DNA of 64,000 bases. Source: Minisyncoccota bacterium (GTDB lineage: Bacteria > Patescibacteriota > Minisyncoccia > Phycocordibacterales > GWA1-40-21). The notes beneath the pieces are model-generated. The model was given only the letters and a program-made list of their open reading frames with translations, made no database searches and was not told the origin of the DNA. The translations under genes and the position numbers were made by a program. The first letter of the stretch is position 1. Each line of letters begins with the position of its first letter. This document shows, piece after piece, positions 1-11,546 of the stretch. The stretch is taken from assembly GCA_041663045.1 (NCBI GenBank), contig JBAZRH010000001.1, positions 212,403-276,402 of the forward strand. The letters are read 5' to 3'.

Positions 1-1008
1 AGGATCTTCGCTGAAAATTGTCTTTGTACCAAGACCATTGCAAGCCGGACATGCGCCATAAGGAGAGTTGAATGAGAAAAGCCTCGGCTCAATCTCTGGA
101 TATGAATAGCCATCATAAGGACACATAAATTTCACGGAAATCATTTTCTCGCCTTCAGGAGTCTCTATTTTTAGAAGTCCTTTCGATTCTTCTATGGCTT
201 TTTCTACGGCGTCACTAAGCCTTTGTCTTGTCGCGTCGGTCTTTTGCTTGTCCTTGAATTCAGAAACATAGAATTCATCCACAAGCACATCTATGTCGTG
301 TTTTTTATTTTTCGCGATAATTATCTGATTGCGAAGCTTCTTGATCTCCCCGTCTATCTTTACTTGTTCATAACCTTTTTCAAGTAGATCATAAAGAAGC
401 TGATAGTATTCACCTTTTCTGCCGACAACAAGCGGTGAAAAGACTCGTATTTTATCGGATATTATATCTACACCAAGAATTTCTTTCTTTTGTGTCGGCC
501 TAAGTTTTGATACATTATTTAAAATAGTCTCCAAGATTTCTTCTTTTGAAAGTTTTTTAATTTCTCTATCACAGATGAGGCAATGCGGTTTGCCGATACG
601 AGCGTAGAGAATACGAAGATAGTCGTAGATTTCAGTGATTGTGGCGACAGTAGAGCGAGGGTTATTTGAGCGGGATTTTTGATCTATTGAAATTGCCGGG
701 GAAAGACCGATGATTTCATCTACGTCCGGCTTCTGCATTTGATGTAAAAATTGTCTGGCATAAGAAGAAAGTGACTCCACATATCTGCGTTGACCCTCTG
801 CAAAAATAGTATCAAAGGCAAAAGACGACTTTCCCGAACCGGAAAGCCCTGTGACAGCTATCATCTTATTGCGAGGCATTTCTACTGTAATGTTCTTCAG
901 ATTGTGTGTTCGCGCACCTTTTACAATAATTTTTTCGGATTTTTCATCAAAAACAGCCTTATTTGTTCTTGCCCCGTGTGAATTTTCGCTTTCTTTTATT
1001 TTTGCCAT
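1..1008 (-). CDS. uvrA: Excinuclease ABC subunit A (5' part, runs off the window)
   Basis: Manual translation from ATG at 1008: ...[62 protein letters not shown], the canonical UvrA N-terminus. Confidence 0.97.
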   Translation of the reverse strand, partial: MAKIKESENSHGARTNKAVFDEKSEKIIVKGARTHNLKNITVEMPRNKMIAVTGLSGSGKSSFAFDTIFAEGQRRYVESLSSYARQFLHQMQKPDVDEIIGLSPAISIDQKSRSNNPRSTVATITEIYDYLRILYARIGKPHCLICDREIKKLSKEEILETILNNVSKLRPTQKKEILGVDIISDKIRVFSPLVVGRKGEYYQLLYDLLEKGYEQVKIDGEIKKLRNQIIIAKNKKHDIDVLVDEFYVSEFKDKQKTDATRQRLSDAVEKAIEESKGLLKIETPEGEKMISVKFMCPYDGYSYPEIEPRLFSFNSPYGACPACNGLGTKTIFSEDP

Positions 1009-1075
1009 GCGGATATTAATTTAATTATCAAATATTAGAAATATTATGTACTATCCCCAAAATTCTTTACGGGGT
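971..1075 (-). mobile_element. MITE-like inverted-repeat element overlapping the uvrA upstream region and start
   Basis: On the minus strand it begins ACCCCGTAAAGAATTTT and ends AAAATTCACACGGGGC; the same ends recur at 63002-63110. Confidence 0.7.
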
Positions 1076-1154
1076 TCATAATACATCAAATGCCCCTTGG
1101 ATTCACTCCTTAGGGGTATATACGAATAATATACTAGTTTAGACTTTTGGCAAA

Positions 1155-1535
1155 TTATTTCAAATCTTCTACGACACCCTCAACGATTTCGTCTATAGAA
1201 AGAAGCGCTTTGACCAAGAATTTTTTTGCACCGAGTTTGACACCCATATCTACGTCCGCTTTTTGTCCCAAGTTTGAGAGTATTATCACATCTATCTCTT
1301 TGGCTTTTTCATCGGCCTTCAATTCTTTTAGCACCGTATAGCCATCTTTTTTGGGAAGAAGAATATCCAGAAGTATAAGGTCGTATCTGTTTAAGCTTGC
1401 CATTTCAATAGCAGATTCACCATCTGGGGCGCGGGCCACAAGAGCCTTTTCGGCTAAGAGTTTACCTGCCAACATTTCACTAAGAAATTTATCGTCTTCA
1501 ACTATCAATATTTTTTTACCTTCAAGTCGACTCAT
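1155..1535 (-). CDS. Single-domain response regulator (receiver)
   Basis: KILIVEDD...DLILLDILLP..DG motifs. Confidence 0.93.
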   Translation of the reverse strand: MSRLEGKKILIVEDDKFLSEMLAGKLLAEKALVARAPDGESAIEMASLNRYDLILLDILLPKKDGYTVLKELKADEKAKEIDVIILSNLGQKADVDMGVKLGAKKFLVKALLSIDEIVEGVVEDLK

Positions 1536-1564
1536 TTGAGATTATTATAACAATATAGAAATAT

Positions 1565-2809
1565 TTAGTCTAATGGTAAAAACACTTCAACTTTAGTGCC
1601 CTTTCCTAAGATAGAAGATATTTTTATACTACCTCCATGCATTTCCACTATCTTCTTTGTGGCATAAAGACCGACTCCACTTTGGTTTGGATCAAGTCTT
1701 AAAGCATTCTTGCCACGGAAGAATTTTTGGAAGACATATTCTTGATCTGCCGAATCTATGCCGATGCCGTTGTCTTCCACTGTCAACTTTGCATATTGTC
1801 CTTCTTTTTTAATAGTAACTGTGACCTTACTTTTTGGAGCGTATCTGAACGCATTATCGAATATATTTGCTAAAGCAAGATCCAATACTTTCTTGTCACC
1901 ATAAACAGCCACCCCTTCTTTTATGTTTAATATTAAGCTAATTGCACTGCCTTGTATTAGATAAGCGAGATTTGAGATTATCTTTTCCACGATAGAATTT
2001 AAAGTGATCTTTTCTTTATTCAAGATTATTTTCTTATCGCCCAGATCATATTCGGCGGTTTTTATCATCTCTTCAATTATATTTATAGCTTGAACAACCC
2101 TTTCTCTTCCCTCTGTCAAAATTTTGATATCTGCGCAGTCTTTGTTTTGTATGGCGGTGTCTAATGCCCACCTGGCACCTGCAAGCGGTGATTTGAGCTG
2201 ATGCGATGTTGCTGTGAGAAAGATTTGTTTAACATTATCAAGCTCGCTCAATTCTACAAACTGTCTTTTCAATCTCTCTTTTTCAAAGCGTTGCATCATA
2301 ACTTCTTTGACTATTTTGTATAAATAAAAGACCATCAAAGAATAAACGGCAATATGCATTAAATATTTGATAACATAAACCGGATCTAGTCTGTTTTTAT
2401 CAAATAAAATCGTAGATACCATGACCAGAATCGTAAATAAACCAGTATTTATTGAAAGTCTCTCATTTAAATATGTTGCGGAAATTATCGGTATGAACAC
2501 CATTGCAAACATAAAGGTACTATCGAGACCTCCCGTGAGATAAATAAAAAGCCCATAGAATACAGCAAAAACATAGCCTATATGCATCCACAAGGATTGT
2601 TTTCTAAATACTTCAGCCAGTATGAAAATGATTGTTTGATAAATGAGCATTGCGATCGTGGCCACAAGGTAAAGTTTAATATTTGATATCCAAGGGAAAT
2701 ATTCCGGATATAAAAATGGAGCCACTATAAAAAGTATAAAATAGAAAATCGGAATTACTTTTAATAAAAAGAGTATACTTAATACCCTATTTGTTTTTTT
2801 CTCTATCAT
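1565..2809 (-). CDS. Membrane sensor histidine kinase
   Basis: About 6 TM helices; H-box SHQLKSPL, N-box NIFDNAFRY, DNGIGI and GVGLY G-boxes. Confidence 0.93.
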   Translation of the reverse strand: MIEKKTNRVLSILFLLKVIPIFYFILFIVAPFLYPEYFPWISNIKLYLVATIAMLIYQTIIFILAEVFRKQSLWMHIGYVFAVFYGLFIYLTGGLDSTFMFAMVFIPIISATYLNERLSINTGLFTILVMVSTILFDKNRLDPVYVIKYLMHIAVYSLMVFYLYKIVKEVMMQRFEKERLKRQFVELSELDNVKQIFLTATSHQLKSPLAGARWALDTAIQNKDCADIKILTEGRERVVQAINIIEEMIKTAEYDLGDKKIILNKEKITLNSIVEKIISNLAYLIQGSAISLILNIKEGVAVYGDKKVLDLALANIFDNAFRYAPKSKVTVTIKKEGQYAKLTVEDNGIGIDSADQEYVFQKFFRGKNALRLDPNQSGVGLYATKKIVEMHGGSIKISSILGKGTKVEVFLPLD

Positions 2810-2836
2810 AATGGAGAAATTATAACATATCTTTTC

Positions 2837-4933
2837 CTATTTGCTTTTTTTACCTTTCTTAACAGCAGTCATCTCTTTCAATTGTGCTATCTCATCCCGT
2901 AGAATCGCAGCTGTCTCGAAGTCCAGTATTTTAACAGCCGAATTCATCTGTGCTTCTTTTTGTCTCACAAGTTGTACTGGTTTCTTTCCCATGACTTCCC
3001 TATCGATTTTCAAAAGCTCGGCCACCGCTCTGTCATGATCGCTTCGCAAATGCTCTGTGATATCATGGATTTTCTTTAAAATAGTCTTTGGTGTAATCCC
3101 GTGCTTTGTATTGTAAGCGATTTGCTTTTCTCTTCTGCGATTTGTTTCGTCCAATGCGCGTTGCATTGAGCCTGTCATATTGTCGGCATACAAAACCACT
3201 CTCCCAGCCGAATTTCTCGCCGCACGGCCGATAGTTTGAATAAGCGAAGTATCTGAACGCAAAAAACCTTCCTTGTCGGCATCCAAAATACCGATAAATT
3301 CCACTTCCGGCAAGTCCAACCCTTCACGAAGCAGGTTCACACCGACAATACAGTCAAATTTCCCTTTTCTGAAATTTGTCAAAATATCTATTCTGTCAAT
3401 AGTCTTGATTTCACTATGCAAGTATTCTGCTTTCACCCCTTTTTCTTTCAAATATTCACTCAAGTCTTCTGCCATCTTCTTTGTAAGTGTGGTGGCGATA
3501 ACCCTTCCGCCATTTTTTATAACTTTCAATGCTTCATCTATAAAGTCAAAAACTTGTGATTTGCTTGCCACGAAGTCTTTAGATTTTCCGTGGTTTACCA
3601 CGAGGTCAGCAGACTTTTCGTGGTTTTTTCTTTCAGTGATTGGTCTAATATCTACAATCGGATCCACAAGCCCTGTCGGCCTTATCACCTGCTCTACTAT
3701 TTGCTCTGAATTTTCTTTTTCAAAATCACTTGGCGTCGCAGAAGTATAAATCGTCTGCCCCACTCTTTTTTCAAACTCACCAAAGTTTAGTGGACGATTG
3801 TCTTTTGCCGAAGGTAATCTGAAACCGTATTCTATAAGGGTGTTCTTTCTAGAAGCGTCGCCTGCTTGCATTCCTCGTATTTGTGGCACGGTAACATGCG
3901 ACTCATCTATAATAGTGAGAAAGTCCGCACTTCCATCGGCTTTACGCGGAAAATATGATAGTAGCGTGTCTGGTGCCTCGCCAGCATTTTTACCAGAAAA
4001 ATGTCTGGAATAATTCTCAATACCATTACAATAGCCAACTTCTCGTATCAATGCCAAATCATAACTCGTCTTTCTTCGGAGTCTTTCTGCTTCAAGATCT
4101 TTTCCTTGTTTTTTTAATTCCGTAAGTCTTTCCTCCAATTCTTTTTTTATGCTTTTGAAAGCACTCGCTTGCTGTTCTTTATTTGTTATAAAATGCTTTG
4201 CTGGAAAAATAAAAATTGACTTCAGACTTTCTTCTGTCAAGACTCTTGACACTGCATCTATTTTTGAGATTTTAGCAACCAAATCCCCTTCAATATCAAC
4301 TCTAACGATTATCTTTTCATTAACTGGCATTATTTCAAGTGAATTCCCCACGGCGCGAAATTCTCCAGCTGAAAGATCGGCATTTGTCCTTTCAAAATGA
4401 ATATTTACAAGTTTTTTTATCAATTCTTGCCTAGAAATCTTAAGCCCTTTTTCCAATTGCAAATTTACACTTAAATATTCTTCCGGACTTCCCAAACCAT
4501 AAATACAAGATACAGATGCAACCACTATCACATCTTTTCTTGTAAGAAGCGCTTGTGTGGAAGCATGGCGAAGGCGTTCTATCTCTTCATTTATCATCGC
4601 TTCCTTTTCAATATAAGTGTCGGTGACTGGCATATATGCCTCCGGCTGATAGTAGTCGTAATAAGAGACAAAATAATGCACGGCATTTTCTGGGAAGAAA
4701 TCTTGATATTCTTGGGCAAGCTGGGCGGCGAGAGTTTTGTTGTGGGCAATTACAAGCGTTGGTTTATTGATTTTTGCAATAACATTCGCCACAGTAAATG
4801 TTTTTCCAGAACCGGTAACACCAAGAAGGGTTTGTTTATTAAACCCTTTTTCTAGTCCGTCTATAAGCTTTTCTATCGCCACCGGCTGGTCGCCCGCTGG
4901 CTTAAAACCGCTTTTTAATTTGAATTTGTCCAT
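2837..4933 (-). CDS. uvrB: Excinuclease ABC subunit B
   Basis: GVTGSGKTFT, YFVSYYDYYQPEAY, DESH, GRAARN motifs. Confidence 0.98.
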   Translation of the reverse strand: MDKFKLKSGFKPAGDQPVAIEKLIDGLEKGFNKQTLLGVTGSGKTFTVANVIAKINKPTLVIAHNKTLAAQLAQEYQDFFPENAVHYFVSYYDYYQPEAYMPVTDTYIEKEAMINEEIERLRHASTQALLTRKDVIVVASVSCIYGLGSPEEYLSVNLQLEKGLKISRQELIKKLVNIHFERTNADLSAGEFRAVGNSLEIMPVNEKIIVRVDIEGDLVAKISKIDAVSRVLTEESLKSIFIFPAKHFITNKEQQASAFKSIKKELEERLTELKKQGKDLEAERLRRKTSYDLALIREVGYCNGIENYSRHFSGKNAGEAPDTLLSYFPRKADGSADFLTIIDESHVTVPQIRGMQAGDASRKNTLIEYGFRLPSAKDNRPLNFGEFEKRVGQTIYTSATPSDFEKENSEQIVEQVIRPTGLVDPIVDIRPITERKNHEKSADLVVNHGKSKDFVASKSQVFDFIDEALKVIKNGGRVIATTLTKKMAEDLSEYLKEKGVKAEYLHSEIKTIDRIDILTNFRKGKFDCIVGVNLLREGLDLPEVEFIGILDADKEGFLRSDTSLIQTIGRAARNSAGRVVLYADNMTGSMQRALDETNRRREKQIAYNTKHGITPKTILKKIHDITEHLRSDHDRAVAELLKIDREVMGKKPVQLVRQKEAQMNSAVKILDFETAAILRDEIAQLKEMTAVKKGKKSK
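3568..3623. repeat. Two tandem 26-nt hairpin repeats (30-nt period) inside uvrB
   Basis: CCACGAAGTCTTTAGATTTTCCGTGG and CCACGAGGTCAGCAGACTTTTCGTGG; they encode the extra NHEKSADLVVNHGKSKDFVA. Confidence 0.7.
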
Positions 4934-5377
4934 TTAAGTTGTTTTAGCTAAGACTACTCTAGGTTCACCATCTCCGAAATAATTTTCGATTCTTGATTCT
5001 ACAACAAAACCAAAAGATTTGTAAAGATTTAATACTGGATTGTCAGGATGGGTTACTAAATCAATCCTTCTAATATCTTTAAGTCTTTCTAATATCAATC
5101 TTAAAGCTTCTCTTCCTATACCTTGTCCTTGAAATTTTGGATTTACAACAAAACCGCTTATATATGCATGGTCAGGATTTTTTATTTCATACTCGATGCT
5201 TCCAACAATTTTATTATTATTTTCTATGAGATATATTGTATTTTTCTCAAATTCTTTCTTTACCTCATCTTCACTAATCATAGCAGAATACACTTTTAAA
5301 TGCGCCACACTCTTTTCAAGCTCAATAAAAATCGAGACATCTTTTTCAGTCGCTAATTTTAAAGTGATATTATTCAT
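4934..5377 (-). CDS. GNAT family acetyltransferase
   Basis: Acetyl-CoA motif VNPKFQGQGIG and LYKSFGF. Confidence 0.9.
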   Translation of the reverse strand: MNNITLKLATEKDVSIFIELEKSVAHLKVYSAMISEDEVKKEFEKNTIYLIENNNKIVGSIEYEIKNPDHAYISGFVVNPKFQGQGIGREALRLILERLKDIRRIDLVTHPDNPVLNLYKSFGFVVESRIENYFGDGEPRVVLAKTT

Positions 5378-5380
5378 AAA

Positions 5381-6917
<1,537 letters not shown>

Positions 6918-7003
6918 ACATCTTCCGCTCTATGATAAAACGCACGTCCCAGTGGCAGTGCGTTTTTCTTTTGTATTTTTTCTCTGTCCGTAAGCGAGCG
7001 AGC

Positions 7004-7459
7004 CTATTTGACTGACAAAAGCTCCACTTCAAAAATCAATGTAGAATTTCCAGGTATTGGTCCATAGTCATTTGCACCGTAACCGAATTCTGGCGGAATA
7101 ATCAAAATTCTCTTTCCTCCAACTTTCATACCTTCAATTCCAATATCCCAACCCTTTATAACCATTCCAGATCCAAGTTTAAATGTAAACGGTACTCCCC
7201 TATCTCTTGAACTATCAAATTTCTGTCCGCTGGTAAAAACACCCGTGTAATGCACCGTCACTTCTTTACCGGCAGTCGCAACCGCTCCAATACCGACGAC
7301 AGTGTCACTGAGGTCCACTGTTGGAGTTTTCTTTTCTGTCTGTTTTTGATCAATCACGTTTTGTGTCGAAATTAAATTGTTAATAAGACCTGTACCACCT
7401 ACAAATAACAAGACCAGTACAATAGCTATAGTTATTGCGATATATGTTTTTTTGTCCAT
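7004..7459 (-). CDS. FKBP-type peptidyl-prolyl isomerase with N-terminal anchor
   Basis: VHYTG...FDSS...VIKGWD...IPP..GYG...FEVEL. Confidence 0.95.
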   Translation of the reverse strand: MDKKTYIAITIAIVLVLLFVGGTGLINNLISTQNVIDQKQTEKKTPTVDLSDTVVGIGAVATAGKEVTVHYTGVFTSGQKFDSSRDRGVPFTFKLGSGMVIKGWDIGIEGMKVGGKRILIIPPEFGYGANDYGPIPGNSTLIFEVELLSVK

Positions 7460-7531
7460 TTATATAATATTAAAACTTTTAATTACTCATGGTATTATAT
7501 CAAACCATGTTTTATTATCAAATACATATGT

Positions 7532-7607
7532 TACCCTGTAGTAGATTTTGCCATTATATTTTCTAAAACCCCTTGGAGGTTTTTGATGGCAAATTCTACT
7601 ACAGGGT
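7532..7607. repeat. 76-bp intergenic inverted-repeat element
   Basis: ACCCTGTAGTAGATTTTGCCAT ... ATGGCAAATTCTACTACAGGGT (21/22 complementary). Confidence 0.75.
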
Positions 7608-7624
7608 GCTATAATCTTTCTCAT

Positions 7625-8341
7625 ATGAATTTAAAAAATATTTTTCGTAGGACAAATGGAAAAACAAAAGAGGCCCAAGGTGATGCCCCTATTACATTAA
7701 AACAGGTTGAGAAAATAATATCAAAGAGGACTATGGTAGCAGACGACGAGTTTGCCCGTGGATATGATTTGATAAAAAAATACCCTAGATCGGTGAGTAT
7801 TTTAGGTTCCGCTAAATTCAAAGCGGATAATAAATATTACCAACAAGCCGTGTCTCTAGCTGGAAGGATCGCCCACGAGCTCGGATATGCAGTGGTGACA
7901 GGTGGAGGACCGGGAATAATGGAGGCTGCAAATAAAGGTGCTTATGAAGCCGGCGGTGTATCACTTGGTTTTGCTATTAAACTTCCAAATGAACAGTCTG
8001 TAAACAAATATCTTACCGAATATGTGCAGTTTGAATATTTTTTTAGCAGAAAGACACTCCTCTTTTTCTCTGCAGAAAGTTATGTTTATTTCCCAGGTGG
8101 ATTCGGGACAATAGATGAATTCTTTGAAATAGTCACTCTTGTAGAGACCAACAAAATACCACGTGTTCCGGTAATACTTGTCGGCAGAGAATTCTGGGAA
8201 CCTCTTTTGAAATTGATAAAGGATAAACTATATGAAGAATTTCACACCATAAAGACAGGAGATTTGGATATTTATAAAATAGTAGACAGTGAAGACGAGA
8301 TTATTCAGATCATCAAAAACGCACCTTTTAGGACAGAGTAA
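7625..8341 (+). CDS. LOG family (Rossmann-fold nucleotide phosphoribohydrolase) protein
   Basis: TGGGPGIMEA and PGGFGTIDE motifs; start placed after TGCTATAAT. Confidence 0.92.
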   Translation: MNLKNIFRRTNGKTKEAQGDAPITLKQVEKIISKRTMVADDEFARGYDLIKKYPRSVSILGSAKFKADNKYYQQAVSLAGRIAHELGYAVVTGGGPGIMEAANKGAYEAGGVSLGFAIKLPNEQSVNKYLTEYVQFEYFFSRKTLLFFSAESYVYFPGGFGTIDEFFEIVTLVETNKIPRVPVILVGREFWEPLLKLIKDKLYEEFHTIKTGDLDIYKIVDSEDEIIQIIKNAPFRTE

Positions 8342-8399
8342 ATCAATACAAAAATAGCGACCGCGCTTCGCGCGGTCGCTATTTTTGTATTGATTTACT
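8337..8399. terminator. Bidirectional terminator, perfect 30-bp inverted repeat
   Basis: AGTAAATCAATACAAAAATAGCGACCGCGC-TTC-reverse complement, between convergent genes. Confidence 0.85.
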
Positions 8400-8850
8400 T
8401 CACCCCACTCCCCGCATAAGCCATCGGTAAAAGTTTTTTCAAACTCGTCTTTACAATAATATTTTTTGCGCTATTTGAGCATATTATTTCAATATCTCCA
8501 CCATTTATCGTGAGGTATTCTTCCATAAATTGTCTGCACACACCACAAGGCATTATTGGATTTTCAACCACGCCATCGCTATCTGTCCCGATAATAGCCA
8601 TCGCCGTGATATCTCTAAAACCAAGGGCGTTCGCTGCCGCTAGAGCCGCTCTTTCCGCACACATATTTACAGTGGAAGAGGCATTGGCCATACTGGAACC
8701 CAAGATAATACCGTTTCCCTTTGTCTGCACCGACGCTCCCACCCTCAACTGGCTATTGTAGGGATTATAAGCATTACCTAGAGCTTTCTCCGCAGAATCC
8801 AAAAGCTTTTTCTCTTCCTTATTCAAGTCTTTGTATTTTAGATTTGTCAT
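8395..8850 (-). CDS. cdd: Cytidine deaminase (homotetrameric type)
   Basis: AYNPY, CAERAA, PCGVCRQ. Confidence 0.92.
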   Translation of the reverse strand: MTNLKYKDLNKEEKKLLDSAEKALGNAYNPYNSQLRVGASVQTKGNGIILGSSMANASSTVNMCAERAALAAANALGFRDITAMAIIGTDSDGVVENPIMPCGVCRQFMEEYLTINGGDIEIICSNSAKNIIVKTSLKKLLPMAYAGSGVK

Positions 8851-8852
8851 GT

Positions 8853-9599
8853 TTATTTCAATCCAAATGAAGCCCTCACTGTGACCATCACATTTTTATT
8901 TATCTTGGAAGTATCGTATGTTCCGTAGTCAGAAATTTCAAGAGAGTTTGAAGGAAGGACTTGTACCACTCCGCTTGCCGCCGACTTCAGACTACCAACA
9001 CTCTTGCCTGTGCTTTCTGCCATCTTATCTGCCCTTGCCATCGCGTCTTTTATGGCATCAGAAAGCAGAGCAACCCTAAGCTCTGGGAGTTTCGTATAAT
9101 AATATTCGACGGGATTTGTGCTGAATATCACACCTTTGTTTATAAGGTCGGTAGTCGCCTGCGCCAAAGCCGTGATCTTATTTACATCCGGAAGTGCAAC
9201 TTCTACATGTTGGCTAAGTGTATATTCTTTCTCGGTCTGATAATTATTATTGTTGTAATTGTAATTTTCCATCATTGAAACGGTAGAGATGGTGATATTC
9301 GCATCGGGTATTTTCTGGGCTTTCAGAAAAGCTTTTACAAGTGCCAAATCTTTTGCCATCTGTTCATACCCTGTCTTCAATTTACTTATCTTCACTATCC
9401 TTGAAAAATCTCCGCTAAACTTTGCGCTATCAGAGACAACCTCTTTGCTCGCAGAGCCTGTCACAGAAAGAGCATCACTTGAACTTCTTGAACTATAAAG
9501 GGCAACTGCCAAAATAGTAGAAGCTAATATCAAACTGATACCAGCGATAGCCGGCATCCACAAGACTTTGTTGTTTTTGAAAATATCTAGATTTGCCAT
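8853..9599 (-). CDS. SIMPL domain (DUF541) protein
   Basis: N-terminal TM; LSVTGSA...D, AIKDA.ARA, YDTS.I.K.V.V.V..SF. Confidence 0.85.
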   Translation of the reverse strand: MANLDIFKNNKVLWMPAIAGISLILASTILAVALYSSRSSSDALSVTGSASKEVVSDSAKFSGDFSRIVKISKLKTGYEQMAKDLALVKAFLKAQKIPDANITISTVSMMENYNYNNNNYQTEKEYTLSQHVEVALPDVNKITALAQATTDLINKGVIFSTNPVEYYYTKLPELRVALLSDAIKDAMARADKMAESTGKSVGSLKSAASGVVQVLPSNSLEISDYGTYDTSKINKNVMVTVRASFGLK

Positions 9600-9677
9600 A
9601 TTTTTATTTGTCCGATCAAATTTTTATTTGATTTAGGATAATTAACCGCCCCCATACTAAATACTATCTACTGATAC

Positions 9678-10286
9678 TTATTCGCAAGGATTGACCTTCC
9701 GGAAAATATAATCAACGATTCTTGTAATGACAAGACCGACGATAATCCAGATCAAAATAACAATCACATGCCTCATCTTATCTATATGATCGATAATCCA
9801 ATCAAAATAATTGTTGAAAATATAGCCGATACCTATAACAAGTGGTGCATAGATTATTATTGCCAAGGTATTGTAAAATTGGAAAGTCCTTGTTTTAGCT
9901 TTTGTATATCCGGCAAGCACAGGACCGACGAATCTCAAAAATGGGAAAAATCTTGAAAAGAAAATGGTTTTGCCGACATGTTTTTCCAAAAAACCCCTAT
10001 TTCTGGAAACGATTTTCAGAGATAACACTTCGTGTATGAGCTTGTGAACATGTTTATTGTTTTTGAGCGAAAGATTAAAAATAATATTGTCGCCGATAAG
10101 TAGAGCTAAAATAACTACCACAAGAGCCGGAGCAAAATGTATAAAATCTACACTTGCCATATAGCCGACAATAAGAAGGACGATTTCTTCAGGCACAGGA
10201 ACAATATATCCGGCAAAAATAGTGAAAAGGAAGATGGCGACATAAGAAAAATGCTCTACGGAATTTATAAAAAACAATTCTTGCAT
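9678..10286 (-). CDS. DedA family membrane protein
   Basis: PVPEEIVL, GDN, RFFPFLR, LAG motifs. Confidence 0.9.
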   Translation of the reverse strand: MQELFFINSVEHFSYVAIFLFTIFAGYIVPVPEEIVLLIVGYMASVDFIHFAPALVVVILALLIGDNIIFNLSLKNNKHVHKLIHEVLSLKIVSRNRGFLEKHVGKTIFFSRFFPFLRFVGPVLAGYTKAKTRTFQFYNTLAIIIYAPLVIGIGYIFNNYFDWIIDHIDKMRHVIVILIWIIVGLVITRIVDYIFRKVNPCE

Positions 10287-10353
10287 GGATAATATTTTAG
10301 CATAAATGTTATTTTTATACCAAATATAACTATGTTGTGATATAGTAGATTAA

Positions 10354-11046
10354 ATGGACGAGAAAATCAGAATAAATAAATATTTGGCACTGCACGGAAT
10401 AGCTACTCGCAGGGACGCAGACAAGCTCATTTCAGCAGGCAAGGTGCTTATAAACGGCTATAAGGCCGTCCTTGGGGACAAAATCTCGGAAGAGGACAAA
10501 GTTGAGGTTTTGGGTAGACCAAGCAAAAAGCTAGTGTATTACGCGTATAACAAGCCTCGCGATGTCATTACCCATAGCCCCCAGAGAGGAGAAAAAGATG
10601 TGCTGACTTCAAGCAAGCTAAAGGGCGTCTTCCCTATCGGCAGACTTGATAAAGATTCGGAAGGGCTTTTGATACTTACAAATGATGGCAGGATTACCGA
10701 CCGCTTACTGAACCCAGACCATACGCACGAAAAAGAATATATCGTAAAAACCCGCGTGCCGATAAAACAATTCCACATGAATGTTATGGAAGGCGGAATG
10801 GAGCTTGACGGTATAAAAACAAAACCTTGTGAGGCAAAACTTTTGAGCGAAGATTCTTTTAAAATAATCTTGACTGAAGGAAAGAAACATCAGATAAGAA
10901 GGATGTGCGATCATTTGAACTTGCCGATAGAGTCTTTAAAAAGAGTGCGCATTATGAATATAAAAGTAGATGGAATAAAATCAAATTCGTATCGTGAAAT
11001 GGTCGGCAAAGAACTTCAGGATTTTTTGAGACTATTGTCCTTGTAA
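10354..11046 (+). CDS. rRNA pseudouridine synthase (RsuA/RluF family, S4 domain)
   Basis: RINKYLA..G, GRLDKDSEGLLILTNDG, EGKKHQIRRM. Confidence 0.95.
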   Translation: MDEKIRINKYLALHGIATRRDADKLISAGKVLINGYKAVLGDKISEEDKVEVLGRPSKKLVYYAYNKPRDVITHSPQRGEKDVLTSSKLKGVFPIGRLDKDSEGLLILTNDGRITDRLLNPDHTHEKEYIVKTRVPIKQFHMNVMEGGMELDGIKTKPCEAKLLSEDSFKIILTEGKKHQIRRMCDHLNLPIESLKRVRIMNIKVDGIKSNSYREMVGKELQDFLRLLSL

Positions 11047-11047
11047 A

Positions 11048-11542
11048 CTATTTTATCGATAGAAATATCAACACGATACAAATAGTTGTGACTGTCTGTA
11101 TAAAAGCACCAAGAAAAGGCCTATGGTCTAGATTATTTTTTGTTTCAAATTTACTGTGAAATCTGACAAGCGAGTGTACTGGCTCTTTTTTATATGAGAA
11201 ATATATAAATTGAAAAAAATCTGGTAGAACTCCACCAGCCACACCAAGAAGTGTGATAAAAAGTGTGTGCCAATCTCTAGCAAAAACCAATATCGCTAAA
11301 AGGGTACCTATGGAGAAATCAAATAAAATTAAAAATAATTGGTAGACAGCTCTAATATTATGGGAAAGTGCCGGAAGGCTATCAACCACTCTTAAATCAA
11401 AATGGTGGTGTTCATAATGACTATGAGGAATCATGTCCAAAACATGGTGGCTCGCTATAGCTAGAGCAAAACCAACGACTGGATGTCCAGACAATGCACT
11501 AGCAACAGCGGCACCGACGATAGCGTGTGGGGTGAGTATCAT
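11048..11542 (-). CDS. Membrane protein, metal-dependent hydrolase-like
   Basis: H.IVGA, SHH.LD.IPH, LPD motifs within TM helices. Confidence 0.7.
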   Translation of the reverse strand: MILTPHAIVGAAVASALSGHPVVGFALAIASHHVLDMIPHSHYEHHHFDLRVVDSLPALSHNIRAVYQLFLILFDFSIGTLLAILVFARDWHTLFITLLGVAGGVLPDFFQFIYFSYKKEPVHSLVRFHSKFETKNNLDHRPFLGAFIQTVTTICIVLIFLSIK

Positions 11543-11546
11543 TTGA

